Made by a program: the position numbers and the translations under genes | Source of the DNA: Chthoniobacterales bacterium | GTDB lineage: Bacteria > Verrucomicrobiota > Verrucomicrobiia > Chthoniobacterales > DASVRZ01 | Assembly (NCBI GenBank): GCA_038228695.1 | Contig: JBBRPA010000007.1 | Coordinates: 8,263 to 72,262 of the forward strand | Direction of reading: 5' to 3' | DNA: 64,000 nucleotides | Notes under the pieces: model-generated | Databases searched by the model: none | What the model saw: the letters and a program-made list of their open reading frames with translations, nothing else | What the model was told of the DNA's origin: nothing | Shown here: positions 47,526 through 58,039 of the stretch, in pieces | Layout of the letters: each line of letters begins with the position of its first letter | Position numbering within the stretch: position 1 is the first letter of the stretch

Positions 47526-48149
47526 ATGTCCGATCCTTTCCTTCATCGCTTCGTCGCGGGCGAGGCCGATCGGCCAGTGCTTCTTCTGCTCCATGGAACC
47601 GGAGGAACGGAAGACGATCTACTGGAAATGGGTGCCGCGCTCCTGCCCGGCGCTTCCCTCCTCAGCCCGCGCGGAAAAATTCTCGAGCGGGGCATGCCGC
47701 GTTTTTTTCGCCGCCTCGCCGAGGGCGTTTTCGATGAGGAGGATCTCATTTTCCGAACGCACGAACTGGCTGAATTTGTCGCGTGGGCCATTCCGGAATA
47801 CGGGCTCGACGGACGTCCGCTCGTCGCTCTCGGTTACTCCAACGGCGCGAACATCGCGGGCGCCCTGCTCCTCCTCCGCCCAGAGATTCTCGCTGGGGCC
47901 GTTTTGCTCCGAGCCATGGTCCCGCTACAACCCGCCGAACTCCCACGCCTTCCGCACACTCCGGTCTTCATCGCAGCGGGCGAACGCGACCCGATCATTC
48001 CGCCCGAAAATCCTCAACGCCTCGCCGCGCTTCTCAGCCAAGTCGGCGCGGAGGTTAGTTTGCATTGGACCACCGGGGGACACGAGCTACACTCGGCGGA
48101 TATTGCGGCCGCGAAAGCGTGGCTAACCATCCGTTTTCCGGCGCACTAA
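47526..48149 (+). CDS. alpha/beta hydrolase (phospholipase/carboxylesterase family)
   Basis: 207 aa with [16 protein letters not shown] and the nucleophile elbow GYSNGA. The size is typical of this esterase family. Confidence 0.75.
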   Translation: MSDPFLHRFVAGEADRPVLLLLHGTGGTEDDLLEMGAALLPGASLLSPRGKILERGMPRFFRRLAEGVFDEEDLIFRTHELAEFVAWAIPEYGLDGRPLVALGYSNGANIAGALLLLRPEILAGAVLLRAMVPLQPAELPRLPHTPVFIAAGERDPIIPPENPQRLAALLSQVGAEVSLHWTTGGHELHSADIAAAKAWLTIRFPAH

Positions 48150-48154
48150 CCATT

Positions 48155-49102
48155 ATGCAACTCCACGGCATCCACCACCTCACCGCGGTGACCGCAGACG
48201 CGAGCGGAAACCACCGTTTCTACACCCGTGTGCTCGGTCTGCGCCTCGTCAAAAAAACGGTGAACCAGGATGATGTATCGGCCTACCATTTGTTTTATGC
48301 CGACGAACTCGCGTCACCGGGCAGCGACCTGACGTTTTTCGACTGGCCCACGACTCGGGAACGGCGAGGCACGAGCAGCGTGATTCGCACCTGCCTGCGG
48401 GTAGCGGGTGAAACGTCGCTCGCTTGGTGGGAGAAACATCTCGCTGACGCCAAGGTGTCGCACAGCGGAGTGGTCGAGCGAGATGGACGGCTAACCATCG
48501 ATTTCGAGGATCCGGAAGGGCAGCGACTCAGCCTAGTGGACGACGGTGGAACCGCGGCTGCACATCCTTGGACCAAAAGCCCCGTTCCCGAGCAACACCA
48601 AATCCGTGGACTCGGTCCGATCATGATCAGCGTCCCACGATTGGAACGAACTGCGGCTACCCTGCTCGGGCTGATGCAAATGCGAACCGCCCGCGAATAC
48701 CTGCTCGGGGAAAAAAGCCGGGTGACCGTTTTTGAAATGGGACCCGGCGGTGCGGCGGCGGAACTTCACGTTGCGAACGAGCCTCATCTTGAACCAACCC
48801 GACATGGCGCGGGCGGCGTGCATCACGTCGCCTTCCGGACTACCCAAGCCGACTACCAAGCGTGGACGGAGCGCCTGAACGAATTTCAAATTGCCAACAG
48901 CGGCCCGGTGGATCGCTTCTATTTCCGCAGTCTTTATTTCCGCGAACCGAACGGTGTTCTCTTTGAGCTCGCCACCGATGAGCCGGGATTCACGGCCGAT
49001 GAACCGCTCGAATCGCTCGGCGAAAAACTCGCGCTGCCACCTTTTCTCGAGGCCCGCCGCAGCGAGATCGAGGCCGGATTGAAACCTATTGATTATGTTT
49101 AA
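48155..49102 (+). CDS. VOC-superfamily ring-cleaving dioxygenase (two glyoxalase-like modules)
   Basis: I chose the ATG at 48155 ([12 protein letters not shown]). It has the repeated HH.A and [21 protein letters not shown] motifs of the YfiE/MhqO-like dioxygenases. Confidence 0.7.
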   Translation: MQLHGIHHLTAVTADASGNHRFYTRVLGLRLVKKTVNQDDVSAYHLFYADELASPGSDLTFFDWPTTRERRGTSSVIRTCLRVAGETSLAWWEKHLADAKVSHSGVVERDGRLTIDFEDPEGQRLSLVDDGGTAAAHPWTKSPVPEQHQIRGLGPIMISVPRLERTAATLLGLMQMRTAREYLLGEKSRVTVFEMGPGGAAAELHVANEPHLEPTRHGAGGVHHVAFRTTQADYQAWTERLNEFQIANSGPVDRFYFRSLYFREPNGVLFELATDEPGFTADEPLESLGEKLALPPFLEARRSEIEAGLKPIDYV

Positions 49103-50156
49103 ATTCAACCAACACGCACCCGGCACCGCACCCGCCACGCTCGTTTCCACGAGCACTGAAAAACCAATCATTCGGCACATCGAATACGACCACAACACCT
49201 ACGAGGACGTCGAGATCGGCGACATTGAGCGATGCTTCCCCTCGCGCGATAACGACCGGATCACCTGGGTGAACATTGACGGCCTTGGCGACGTGGAAAT
49301 GCTGAAAAAACTTGGGCAGCATTACGGCCTCCACCCACTCGCGCTCGAGGATGTTTTGCACACTGGCCAACGCCCCAAATGCGAGGAATACGACGATCAT
49401 TACTTCATCGTTCTGCAGATGGTTTACCGCGATAAAGACGCGGAACTTATTTTTGAACAGATGAGTCTTTTCGTGGGAAAAAATTTCGTCATCACGATTC
49501 AGGAAACGCGCGGCGACGTGTTTAACCCGGTGCGAGTGCGGCTCTCGCGCGCGATGGGAAATCTGCGCAAATCGGGCAGTGACTATCTCGCCTACGCGCT
49601 AATCGACGCAGTGGTCGATCACTACTTTCCCGTGCTCGAATCGATCGGCGACCTGCTCGAATCCATGGAGGACGAAGTTCTCGAACATCCCACCCAGGAG
49701 TTCGTCAAACGGCTCCACGAATGCAAGCGCACGCTCGTCCACCTGCGGCGCGGCGCTTGGCCGCAACGCGAAATTCTTAGCGCGCTCCAGCGTGATGAAA
49801 CCGGCGTGGTCAAAAACGAAACCCGGCCGTTCTTGCGCGACTGCTACGATCACTCCATCCAGATCATGGACATTGTGGAAAACTACCGGGAGCTCACCTC
49901 GTCGATCATGGACATCTACCTCTCGGCCGTCAGCCAGCGGACCAACGACGTCATGCGAGTGCTCACGGTGTTGTCCTCTGTTTTCATGCCGCTAACCTTT
50001 CTCGCGGGTATCTACGGGATGAATTTTGATCATGAGGCCAGCTCGTGGAACATGCCCGAGCTGCACCAGAAATATGGCTATCCGATCTTCGTCGGAATCA
50101 GCTTGGTTATCGCGATCACCATGGTGATTATTTTCAAACGGAAGAAGTGGCTCTGA
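49095..50156 (+). CDS. corA: magnesium/cobalt transporter CorA
   Basis: The YGMNF motif precedes the last TM helix, there are two C-terminal TM helices, and the size is about 353 aa. The ATG at 49095 overlaps the upstream stop region. Confidence 0.9.
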   Translation: MFKFNQHAPGTAPATLVSTSTEKPIIRHIEYDHNTYEDVEIGDIERCFPSRDNDRITWVNIDGLGDVEMLKKLGQHYGLHPLALEDVLHTGQRPKCEEYDDHYFIVLQMVYRDKDAELIFEQMSLFVGKNFVITIQETRGDVFNPVRVRLSRAMGNLRKSGSDYLAYALIDAVVDHYFPVLESIGDLLESMEDEVLEHPTQEFVKRLHECKRTLVHLRRGAWPQREILSALQRDETGVVKNETRPFLRDCYDHSIQIMDIVENYRELTSSIMDIYLSAVSQRTNDVMRVLTVLSSVFMPLTFLAGIYGMNFDHEASSWNMPELHQKYGYPIFVGISLVIAITMVIIFKRKKWL

Positions 50157-50160
50157 GCAG

Positions 50161-50988
50161 ATGTTCGAATTGGTAAGCCTACCGGGCGGTCTGCACACTC
50201 TTCGCGATCTCGACACGGGCGAGACGTTTCACCCGGTGGTCGGTCCCATGGCGGAGGCGGGAGCGATCCACATCGGCCCGCTTCAACTCGACAGCCGCCT
50301 GCGCAACCAACACGAATTCACAATCTGGGATGTGGGCCTTGGCGCTGCCGCCAACGCCGTAGCGTTGCTCGAGAAACTCGCTTCGCTCCCGTTCCCATTT
50401 CGCTGCAACCTAACCAGTTTCGACCGCACCCTCGAGCCGTTGCAGTTCGCCCTCCTCCATGCGGCGCGCCTGGAATATCCTCTACCGTGGATGGACGCCC
50501 TCGCCGCAGTGGCCGGCGCAGGAAATACCCAGATCACTTTTCCCAACGGCGGTCATCTCCAATGGGATTTCTGGCTGGGTGACTTTACGAAATTACCCGC
50601 AGCGGCCGTGCCAGACGGGATCATTTACGATCCGTATTCCCCGGTTAAAAATCCGGAGATGTGGTCGCTCGCGCATTTTTTACGACTCCGCGAGCGACTC
50701 ACTTCGCCAACGGTGCTAACCAGCTACAGCCGCTCAACTGCAGTGCGCGTCACGCTGCTATTAGCCGGCTTCCACGTCGGCATCGGCGGAGCTACCGGTG
50801 AAAAAGATCAGACCACCGTTGCCGCAACTGATCCGACCTTGCTCGAAAATCCGCTCGATGAAAAGTGGCTGGATCGTGTCCGCAAATCCACTAGCGCCCG
50901 ACCTCTCGGCGGCGATCCGAAAGGCCCGATCTCCGACGACGACCTGCGCCGACTGGAGGCGCATCCGCAGTTTACCGGAAGCCGCTAA
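50161..50988 (+). CDS. MnmC-like SAM-dependent methyltransferase domain protein (DUF752-like)
   Basis: DGIIYDPYSPVKNPEMWS resembles the DA.FLDGF.P.KNP.MW motif of the MnmC methyltransferase domain. There is no FAD oxidase domain. Confidence 0.5.
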   Translation: MFELVSLPGGLHTLRDLDTGETFHPVVGPMAEAGAIHIGPLQLDSRLRNQHEFTIWDVGLGAAANAVALLEKLASLPFPFRCNLTSFDRTLEPLQFALLHAARLEYPLPWMDALAAVAGAGNTQITFPNGGHLQWDFWLGDFTKLPAAAVPDGIIYDPYSPVKNPEMWSLAHFLRLRERLTSPTVLTSYSRSTAVRVTLLLAGFHVGIGGATGEKDQTTVAATDPTLLENPLDEKWLDRVRKSTSARPLGGDPKGPISDDDLRRLEAHPQFTGSR

Positions 50989-50991
50989 ATT

Positions 50992-51792
50992 TTATTCCGG
51001 AGGCAACTCCAAGGATAGTTGCGGATCATTTTTCTTCTCCACATATTTCGCGAGGAAAATGCAAATCTCATAGAGGAAATACATCGGGAAGGCCATCGCG
51101 CAGAGCGTGAAAGGATCGGTCGTCGGCGTAATAACGGCCGCTAACATGAAGATAACGACAAAGGCTATCATCCGGGTTTTCTTGAGCATGTCGTAATTTA
51201 GGATGCCGATCTTAACTAGAAACAGGACGACGAGCGGCAGCTCAAATGCCAGCCCAAAAGAGATCACAAACTGCGTGGTGAAGGAAAAATACGACTGCAC
51301 ATCCCAGTTTGAGGTCCAGCTCAGATCGGACTGATCCTTCAAGGCATAAGCCAACGTCGTTGGCAGCAGCCAGTAGTAACACGAAAAAACGCCGGTCAAA
51401 AAAAGTCCGAGACCGATGAAGACAACCGGCAGGACATATTTTTTCTCTGCCAACGTGAGCGCCGGCAAAATGAATTGCGCGAGGAAATAGAGCAGGAAAG
51501 GAAACGCCAAGACGATGCCCGCATAGAAGGCGAGGGAAAACGAGATCGTGATCGAATCCATCGGTCCCCGTGCCCGGAGCGTCGAGATGAAATTCGGATT
51601 CACCGCTGCGAGCGGATGCTGGATGATATTGACGAGGCTGTTACGGAAGCAAAAGGCCAGCGCCATGGATAGGAAAAGGGTCACGCCCATTTTAATAGAG
51701 GTCCAGCGCAAGTCCTCCAGGTGATCGAGAAATGGTTTCACCGACGCTTCGTTCGGTTCGCGAAATTTAAAAATGTGGTCGGTCCAACTCAT
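50992..51792 (-). CDS. tatC: twin-arginine translocase subunit TatC
   Basis: I chose the ATG at 51792 (MSWTDHIFKF...PFLDHLEDLRWT). It has six TM helices and the typical TatC N-terminal motif (HL.ELR). The 104-aa Arg-rich extension in the ORF track looks spurious. Confidence 0.85.
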   Translation of the reverse strand: MSWTDHIFKFREPNEASVKPFLDHLEDLRWTSIKMGVTLFLSMALAFCFRNSLVNIIQHPLAAVNPNFISTLRARGPMDSITISFSLAFYAGIVLAFPFLLYFLAQFILPALTLAEKKYVLPVVFIGLGLFLTGVFSCYYWLLPTTLAYALKDQSDLSWTSNWDVQSYFSFTTQFVISFGLAFELPLVVLFLVKIGILNYDMLKKTRMIAFVVIFMLAAVITPTTDPFTLCAMAFPMYFLYEICIFLAKYVEKKNDPQLSLELPPE

Positions 51793-51944
51793 CAACGGGC
51801 AGCTTACCCACGAATCCATGCGATGAAACTCCAATCCGCAGATGCCCGAATTATTCACCGTTCCCGGTGCAACGGAATTACGAATTATCTGGGAATGGCG
51901 TTTTCCCGTCGCAACTTTCTGGGCGATTAAAGGTTGTCCCCAAC

Positions 51945-52913
51945 ATGATGTTTCGACTTTGCGCCCTCGCCACCCTCTTTTTGGGGAATCTCTCCAATCT
52001 TCTCGGCTACGGGGCGGCCGGGCATGAGGCGATCGGCCGCATCGCCACGCAGTATCTCGCTGGCACTCGCGCCGAGAGCGAGGTCGCCAAACTGCTTTAT
52101 CCAAATGAGGACTTGGCCCGCGCCGCCACTTGGGCCGACCGCGCCAAGCTCGATGAAAAGTATCTCTCCGCGGAGATGAAGACGTTTGTCACCGATAACC
52201 CCGGTCATCACGGCTACCATTATTGCGATGTTCCGTTTCAGGAAACGGCCTACCGGGCGGGTCTCGTCGGAACCAACGACCACGACCTGATCCATTCCAT
52301 CCAGACCTGTATCGCTGTCTTGCAGAATCCCGCGGACGATCGAGAGAACCCGCTAAAAATCAACCACCGCACCGCCCTCATGCTGCTCGCACATTTTGTC
52401 GGCGACCTCCACCAACCGCTCCATGTCGGCTGTAGTTACATCTCGACCGACGGGAAATTTGTCAATCCCAACGAAGGCGGCCAGGGTCAGGCGGACGCGG
52501 GAGCGAACGACCTGCGGCGGACCACCCGGACCTCGCTGCACGGGTATTGGGACACGGCGACGGTCAAACTTGCCCGCGACCGTGCCGGCACGGAGGACTT
52601 TACTGCTTTTCTGCTCGCTCAACATCCACCCCAGACGGATTGGAGCACAGTCGGATCTGTCTCCGACTGGCCGGTGACGTGGGCCACGGAAACCCTTGGT
52701 CTCGCCCGGCAATGTTACGACGGGATCGAACTCGGACCGCCTTTCGTCGTGCCCAAAGACGACAAACGCGACGAGCATTTTGAGTGGAAAGTCACCCTTC
52801 TGGCTGGTTACGACGTTCGGTCCCGGGACATCGTCGAGGTCCAACTCGTCAAGGCAGGCTGGCGGTTAGCGGAACTGCTCAAAGCAATCTGGCCCGATTC
52901 TCCAGTAAAGTAA
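51945..52913 (+). CDS. S1/P1 family zinc nuclease, secreted
   Basis: I chose the ATG at 51945, which gives the signal peptide MMFRLCALATLFLGNLSNLLG. Metal-ligand blocks: YGAAGHEAIG, ATWADR, HYCDVP, LAHFVGDLHQPLHVG and LHGYWD. Confidence 0.8.
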   Translation: MMFRLCALATLFLGNLSNLLGYGAAGHEAIGRIATQYLAGTRAESEVAKLLYPNEDLARAATWADRAKLDEKYLSAEMKTFVTDNPGHHGYHYCDVPFQETAYRAGLVGTNDHDLIHSIQTCIAVLQNPADDRENPLKINHRTALMLLAHFVGDLHQPLHVGCSYISTDGKFVNPNEGGQGQADAGANDLRRTTRTSLHGYWDTATVKLARDRAGTEDFTAFLLAQHPPQTDWSTVGSVSDWPVTWATETLGLARQCYDGIELGPPFVVPKDDKRDEHFEWKVTLLAGYDVRSRDIVEVQLVKAGWRLAELLKAIWPDSPVK

Positions 52914-52914
52914 A

Positions 52915-53109
52915 TCAGGGTTTCCAGCGCGCCGCATCGAGGATGGACCAGAGATGCACGAGCCATCCCATCAGGACGATCCAGAGTAGTCCCGCCAGAA
53001 CGAACTGAATAATCGCAGCCAGCAACCGCCCTTGCAGCAACTGCCCAAGACCCGGAATGAAAAAACTGCACAAAGCGGCAATAACGTTTCCGGCGGATCC
53101 CTGACTCAT
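52915..53109 (-). CDS. small two-TM membrane protein (TM2-like, hypothetical)
   Basis: 64 aa. FIPGLGQLLQGR followed by a second helix is a common small-membrane-protein pattern. Confidence 0.4.
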   Translation of the reverse strand: MSQGSAGNVIAALCSFFIPGLGQLLQGRLLAAIIQFVLAGLLWIVLMGWLVHLWSILDAARWKP

Positions 53110-53254
53110 GCAGGACTATCCGCGCGGTGGTTCCTACCGCAAATTAAAAAATGCGTTCACCGTTTTGTGGAATCATCGCCATTGTTAGTGACGACAACTC
53201 CTTTCGGGTATCTGCGGACTTTGCGCGCAGCGGATTCCCATGTAGAGACTGGGG

Positions 53255-54628
53255 ATGATCGATTGCGCCGCGCGTTTGCTGGAATTTCTGGGACCTGAGA
53301 AAGTCTCCACCGATCCGGCGGTGCTGACGGAACACGCCGGGGACAAATGGTTTGCCGCGACGGTGCCGGAGGTGGTGGTTTTTGCGGAGGAAACGGCGGA
53401 TGTCTCAGCGGTCCTACGTTTCGCATCGGAAAATCATGTGCCAGTGACGCCGCGAGGGGCGGGTTACGGTTACGTGGGCGGTTGCGTGCCGGTAAAAAAA
53501 GGGATCGTGCTCTCGCTGGCGCGGATGAATCGCATTCGCGAAATCCATTTCGACGACGGCGTGGCAGTGGTCGAACCGGGGGTGATCACCGGCGAACTAC
53601 AGGCGGCGGTGCGGGCGCAAGGTTTGTATTATCCGCCCGATCCAGCGAGCCTGAAAGATTGCTCGATTGGCGGAAATATTGCGACGAATGCGGGCGGGCC
53701 GCGCTGCTTGAAATATGGAGTGACGCGTTCCTATCTGCTCGGGCTGGAGGTCGTTTTGCCCACGGGCGAGGTCGTTCGCTGCGGCGGGCGGACCCACAAA
53801 AACAAAACGGGCTTCGATCTGGTCGGACTTTTCACTGGCTCCGAGGGAATGCTCGGAGTGGTCACCGAGGCGACGCTGCGTTTGCTGCCGTTGCCCCCGG
53901 CGCGGGCTTCGTTGTCGGCTAGTTTTGCCACAGCTCCGGCGGCAGCGGCGGCGGTGCAGGCGGTCTTTCATGCGGGATTTTTACCCTGTGCGCTCGAGGT
54001 GGCGGATGCCTTCACGCTGGAAGCGGCGCGCAAACATCTCGGGCGCGGCCTCGTTCCCGATGGGCAGGCACATTTGCTGATCGATCTTGATGGACAGCCA
54101 GGCTCGGTCGCCGGGGAATCCGAGTCGTTACGCCAGATTTTGGAGAAGGCGGGGGCGCTTTCCGTCCAGACGGCGATGGGCGAGGAGGAATGTGAGAAGC
54201 TCTGGGATTTGCGCCGCGGGTTTTCGTTTTCCCTCCGGGCAACCGGCTTGATTAAACTGAACGAAGACATCGTCGTGCCGCGCGGACGGTTAGTGGACGT
54301 TTTTGCTTTTGGCCAGCGGTTACAGGAGAAATACGGTTTCCCGGTCGCCTGCTTCGGCCACGCGGGCGATGGGAACATCCACGTAAACATTATGTGCCCC
54401 GATTACGAGAAACCGGAAGTTCGCGAGCGGGCCGAAACAGCCCTCGACGAGTTGTTCCGTCAAGTGCTCGACTGGGGTGGAGTGATCACCGGAGAGCACG
54501 GCGTTGGCCTCGCCAAAAAACCTTGGTGGCCGCAGGCAGTGAGCGAAAACACCGACGCGTTGCACCATGCGTTGAAGAAAGCGCTCGATCCCCAAGGGGT
54601 CCTCAACCCCGGTAAATTCCTCGGTTAA
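53255..54628 (+). CDS. FAD-linked oxidase (GlcD / D-lactate dehydrogenase family)
   Basis: 457 aa. FAD_binding_4 motifs are present (VTPRGAGYGYVGG, GGNIATNAGG). The C-terminal HAGDGNIHVN....GG.ITGEHG.G block is also present. Confidence 0.85.
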   Translation: MIDCAARLLEFLGPEKVSTDPAVLTEHAGDKWFAATVPEVVVFAEETADVSAVLRFASENHVPVTPRGAGYGYVGGCVPVKKGIVLSLARMNRIREIHFDDGVAVVEPGVITGELQAAVRAQGLYYPPDPASLKDCSIGGNIATNAGGPRCLKYGVTRSYLLGLEVVLPTGEVVRCGGRTHKNKTGFDLVGLFTGSEGMLGVVTEATLRLLPLPPARASLSASFATAPAAAAAVQAVFHAGFLPCALEVADAFTLEAARKHLGRGLVPDGQAHLLIDLDGQPGSVAGESESLRQILEKAGALSVQTAMGEEECEKLWDLRRGFSFSLRATGLIKLNEDIVVPRGRLVDVFAFGQRLQEKYGFPVACFGHAGDGNIHVNIMCPDYEKPEVRERAETALDELFRQVLDWGGVITGEHGVGLAKKPWWPQAVSENTDALHHALKKALDPQGVLNPGKFLG

Positions 54629-54708
54629 ATCCGCGGCGCTGGCATAATTTCTGCACTTATAGTGAGTTCAATGTCCGAATCCTTGATTTCAATCCGCTGG
54701 AGCTAACC

Positions 54709-55941
54709 ATGGGAATTTCCAAATGCCGTTTTTGTCAGGCGCCGCTCACGACTAATTTTGTCGATCTAGGGCTGTCGCCACTTTGCCAAAACATTATTCC
54801 GTTGGAAGACGCAGCGAAGCCCGAGGCCTTCTATCCATTGACCGTTTTTGTCTGCGAACAATGCAAACTGGTCCAGCTCGATGAGTTTGTCAGCCCGTCG
54901 GAAATTTTCACCGAATACGCCTATTTCTCCAGCTACTCCGACAGCCTCGTCGCGCACGCGAAAAAATACGTGGAAACGATGGTCGAGCGATTGGCGCTCA
55001 CATCGCAAAATCTCGTTGTCGAAATCGCCAGCAACGACGGCTACTTGCTGCAACACTTTCTACCACTCGGCATTCCCGTCACTGGCATCGAGCCGGCAAA
55101 AAACGTTGGCGCAGTCGCACGCGAAAAAGGCATTCCCGTGGTTCACGAATTTTTGGGGGTGAAGACCGCCTCCGCGTTTTTGCAAGAGCGCGGCCCGGCC
55201 AGCCTTTTGTTAGGAAACAACGTGCTTGCCCACGTGCCTGACATCAATGACTTCGTCGAGGGCATGCGCATTCTCCTCGCAGAAAACGGAACGATCACGA
55301 TGGAATTTCCTCACTTGCTGCGACTAATCGAAGGCAACCAGTTCGACACGATTTATCACGAGCATTTCTCCTATCTTTCGCTGCTCGCGGTGGAGAGAAT
55401 TTTTGCCGCGCATGGCCTGACCGTGTTCGATGTCGAGGAATTGAAAATTCATGGAGGCTCGGTGCGAATCTTTGCTCGTCACGCCGCGACTAAACCCGAG
55501 ATCGGCGCCGGCCTACTCAAAGTCCGCGCCGACGAAACGGCGGCCGGATTCGAGTCGATGAGCGCCTACAGCGACTTCGGCGAACGCGTGAAATGCACAA
55601 AAAACTCGATCCTCACCAAACTCATCGAACTCAAATCGCAGGGCAAAACCATCGTTGGCTACGGTGCCCCCGGAAAAGGAAACACTCTCCTGAACTATTG
55701 CGGCATCCGCACCGATTACCTCGACTACACGGTTGATCGCAACACCTACAAACAGGGCAAGCTATTGCCAGGGAGCCGCATCCCGGTTTATCCGGTCGAG
55801 AAAATCGCCGAGACGAAACCAGACTACGTTTTTATCCTTCCCTGGAATCTCACCAAAGAAATCACCGGCCAGCTCGCTTACATCCGGGAGTGGGGCGGTA
55901 AATTTGTGGTTCCCATCCCGGAGGCGACAGTCCTAGACTAA
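54709..55941 (+). CDS. NDP-hexose C-methyltransferase-type SAM methyltransferase (Zn-ribbon N-terminus)
   Basis: 410 aa. The N-terminal CRFC....C(x)nCEQC zinc ribbon, the SAM motif VVEIASNDGYLL and the C-terminal GYGAPGKGNTLLNY block are typical of TylCIII-like C-methyltransferases. Confidence 0.7.
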   Translation: MGISKCRFCQAPLTTNFVDLGLSPLCQNIIPLEDAAKPEAFYPLTVFVCEQCKLVQLDEFVSPSEIFTEYAYFSSYSDSLVAHAKKYVETMVERLALTSQNLVVEIASNDGYLLQHFLPLGIPVTGIEPAKNVGAVAREKGIPVVHEFLGVKTASAFLQERGPASLLLGNNVLAHVPDINDFVEGMRILLAENGTITMEFPHLLRLIEGNQFDTIYHEHFSYLSLLAVERIFAAHGLTVFDVEELKIHGGSVRIFARHAATKPEIGAGLLKVRADETAAGFESMSAYSDFGERVKCTKNSILTKLIELKSQGKTIVGYGAPGKGNTLLNYCGIRTDYLDYTVDRNTYKQGKLLPGSRIPVYPVEKIAETKPDYVFILPWNLTKEITGQLAYIREWGGKFVVPIPEATVLD

Positions 55942-55945
55942 CAAT

Positions 55946-56722
55946 ATGAAAGTCGTGCTGTTTTGCGGAGGAATGGGCATGCGCATGCGCGAGGCATCGG
56001 AGGCGTTGCCCAAGCCACTCGTGCAAATTGGCGATCGGCCGATCTTGCTGCATCTGATGAAATACTACGCCCACCACGGGCATCGCGATTTTGTTCTCTG
56101 CCTCGGTTACAAAGGTGATGTGATCAAGGATTTCTTCCTAAATTACAACGAAAAGCTCGCCAACGATTTCACCCTAGCGAGCGGACGCCGCGAGGTCACT
56201 TTGCTGAACAACGAAATGCAAGACTGGACGATCAGCTTCGTGGACACTGGCCTGAACTCTAACATTGGCATGCGATTGAAGGCCGTCGAAAAATACCTCG
56301 ATGGTGAAGACGCCTTTCTAGCGAACTACGCTGACGGCCTCGCGGATGTTCCACTCCCGAAAATGATTAGTGATTTCCACGCGGGCGGAAAGGTGGCGAG
56401 CTTTGTTAGTATTCGTCCGAAACAAACCTTCCACGTCGTGGAATGCGGGCCGGATGGAAAGGTCACCAGCATCGAGGAAATGGGGAATGCCGGGTTGTGG
56501 GTGAACGGCGGGTTCTTCGTTTTCAAACGGGAGATATTTCAATACATCAAAGACGGCGATGAGCTGGTCAACGAACCTTTCCAGCGTCTCATTGAGGAGA
56601 GCCAGCTCCACACTTATCAGCACACCGGTTTCTGGGCGTGCATGGACACCTTCAAGGAGAAACAGCAGTTCGACGATCTCTACATGCGCGGCCATATGCC
56701 TTGGGCCGTCTGGCAAAAATAA
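55946..56722 (+). CDS. rfbF: glucose-1-phosphate cytidylyltransferase
   Basis: 258 aa. MKVVLFCGGMGMRMRE...PKPLV.IG.RPIL.H.M..Y and the C-terminal FWACMDT.KE...L are RfbF signatures. Confidence 0.85.
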   Translation: MKVVLFCGGMGMRMREASEALPKPLVQIGDRPILLHLMKYYAHHGHRDFVLCLGYKGDVIKDFFLNYNEKLANDFTLASGRREVTLLNNEMQDWTISFVDTGLNSNIGMRLKAVEKYLDGEDAFLANYADGLADVPLPKMISDFHAGGKVASFVSIRPKQTFHVVECGPDGKVTSIEEMGNAGLWVNGGFFVFKREIFQYIKDGDELVNEPFQRLIEESQLHTYQHTGFWACMDTFKEKQQFDDLYMRGHMPWAVWQK

Positions 56723-56727
56723 GCGCC

Positions 56728-57369
56728 ATGCTTTCCCTGCAATTTTCCAAAAAGCCGCGGCAGATTCTTCTCCTCGGTGCGCACTCGGACGATATCGAGA
56801 TTGGCTGCGGCGGCACCGTCCTCCAGCTTGTGGAAAAGTATCCCGACGCGCTCTTCGTTTGGGTTGTTTTTTGCTCCAACGAACAACGAGCCGCCGAGGC
56901 CCGAGCGAGCGCCGACGCCTTTTTGGGGAAACAGGTTTTGCGCGATGTGCGGATTTTTTCGTTCCGCGATGGATTTCTTCCCTGGTCCGGAATCGAGGTG
57001 AAGGAGACGTTTGAAAAAATCAAGACCGACACCACGCCGGATTTAATTTTCACCCATACCCGCGACGACCGGCACCAAGATCACCGCACGATTTGCGAAC
57101 TCACTTGGAACACGTGGCGCGATCACACGATCTTGGAATACGAGATTCCAAAATACGACGGCGATCTCGGACATCCCACCGCGTTCACCGCGCTGACATC
57201 AGAGCAGGTCGCCGCCAAGGTGGATTTTTTGATGGAGTATTTCGGAACTCAACGCAGCAAACGTTGGTTCACTCCGGAGACTTTTCGCGCGCTGATGCGG
57301 ATTCGCGGCATTGAGGCAGGAGTGGAAATGGCTGAGGCATTTTATACGCGAAAATTGCTCATTGGCTAA
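56728..57369 (+). CDS. PIG-L/LmbE family deacetylase
   Basis: I chose the ATG at 56728. ILLLGAHSDDIEIGCGGT and HTRDDRHQDH are the PIG-L metal-site motifs. Confidence 0.8.
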   Translation: MLSLQFSKKPRQILLLGAHSDDIEIGCGGTVLQLVEKYPDALFVWVVFCSNEQRAAEARASADAFLGKQVLRDVRIFSFRDGFLPWSGIEVKETFEKIKTDTTPDLIFTHTRDDRHQDHRTICELTWNTWRDHTILEYEIPKYDGDLGHPTAFTALTSEQVAAKVDFLMEYFGTQRSKRWFTPETFRALMRIRGIEAGVEMAEAFYTRKLLIG

Positions 57370-58006
57370 TAACCCGCTGCCACAGGTCGGACTGGATCAT
57401 GCCCCGATCGAAGTGCGTCCTTTCTAGCAGTTGGTGGCCAGATTCGCGGAGCAAGGGGCCGGGCGGTGTTAGTTCTTGGGCCTCGACATCCGCCAGCCAG
57501 CGGAACAATCGGTAGGCCGTCCCCAGGCGCAGCTGCGCCCGCCAGCGTTCGATTCCGCCGGAGGGCAGGCAAAATTCCGCCAGCAACCAGCGTGCGTCGG
57601 GCGACTCTAGCAAGGTGATTTTTTTGATGATCTGCCGCATTTTTTCCGGCGGGAAACAGTCTAGGAAAAAATGCGTGACAATGAGATCAAAGACGGTCCC
57701 GGTCGGTTTCCAATCCAGAAAATCTGCGCAGATCCACTCCACCCGCGCCGGATCGCCGCCGACAGATTTCCACGCATATCTGGCGCGTCGAAGCATCTTG
57801 GTGGATTCGTCGATCACCGTAATCTGCGCGTGAGGCAGGGCGGTCGCACATGCTGCGATAAATCGGCCGGTTCCCTCGCCAACGATTAAGACCCGCCGTG
57901 CTTCCCGCACCCGATCCGCAAAGGCGACGCGGCCCCGCTGCATCTGGGAACCCGAAGAGACCCTCTCGATCGTTTGGTAACAGGATGCAATTCGGTCGAA
58001 TTTCAA
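57359..58006 (-). CDS. class I SAM-dependent methyltransferase
   Basis: 215 aa with SAM motif I VLIVGEGTGRF and the acidic motif VIDES. Confidence 0.7.
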   Translation of the reverse strand: MKFDRIASCYQTIERVSSGSQMQRGRVAFADRVREARRVLIVGEGTGRFIAACATALPHAQITVIDESTKMLRRARYAWKSVGGDPARVEWICADFLDWKPTGTVFDLIVTHFFLDCFPPEKMRQIIKKITLLESPDARWLLAEFCLPSGGIERWRAQLRLGTAYRLFRWLADVEAQELTPPGPLLRESGHQLLERTHFDRGMIQSDLWQRVISQ

Positions 58007-58039
58007 GGCCGCCTGTTTGCTCGCTCGTTCTTGGAAAAA

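Noticed and set aside
51793-52104. 104-aa Arg/Trp-rich N-terminal extension of the TatC ORF
   Set aside because: The composition is not protein-like and it runs into the S1/P1 nuclease start region. The TatC homology begins at the ATG at 51792.
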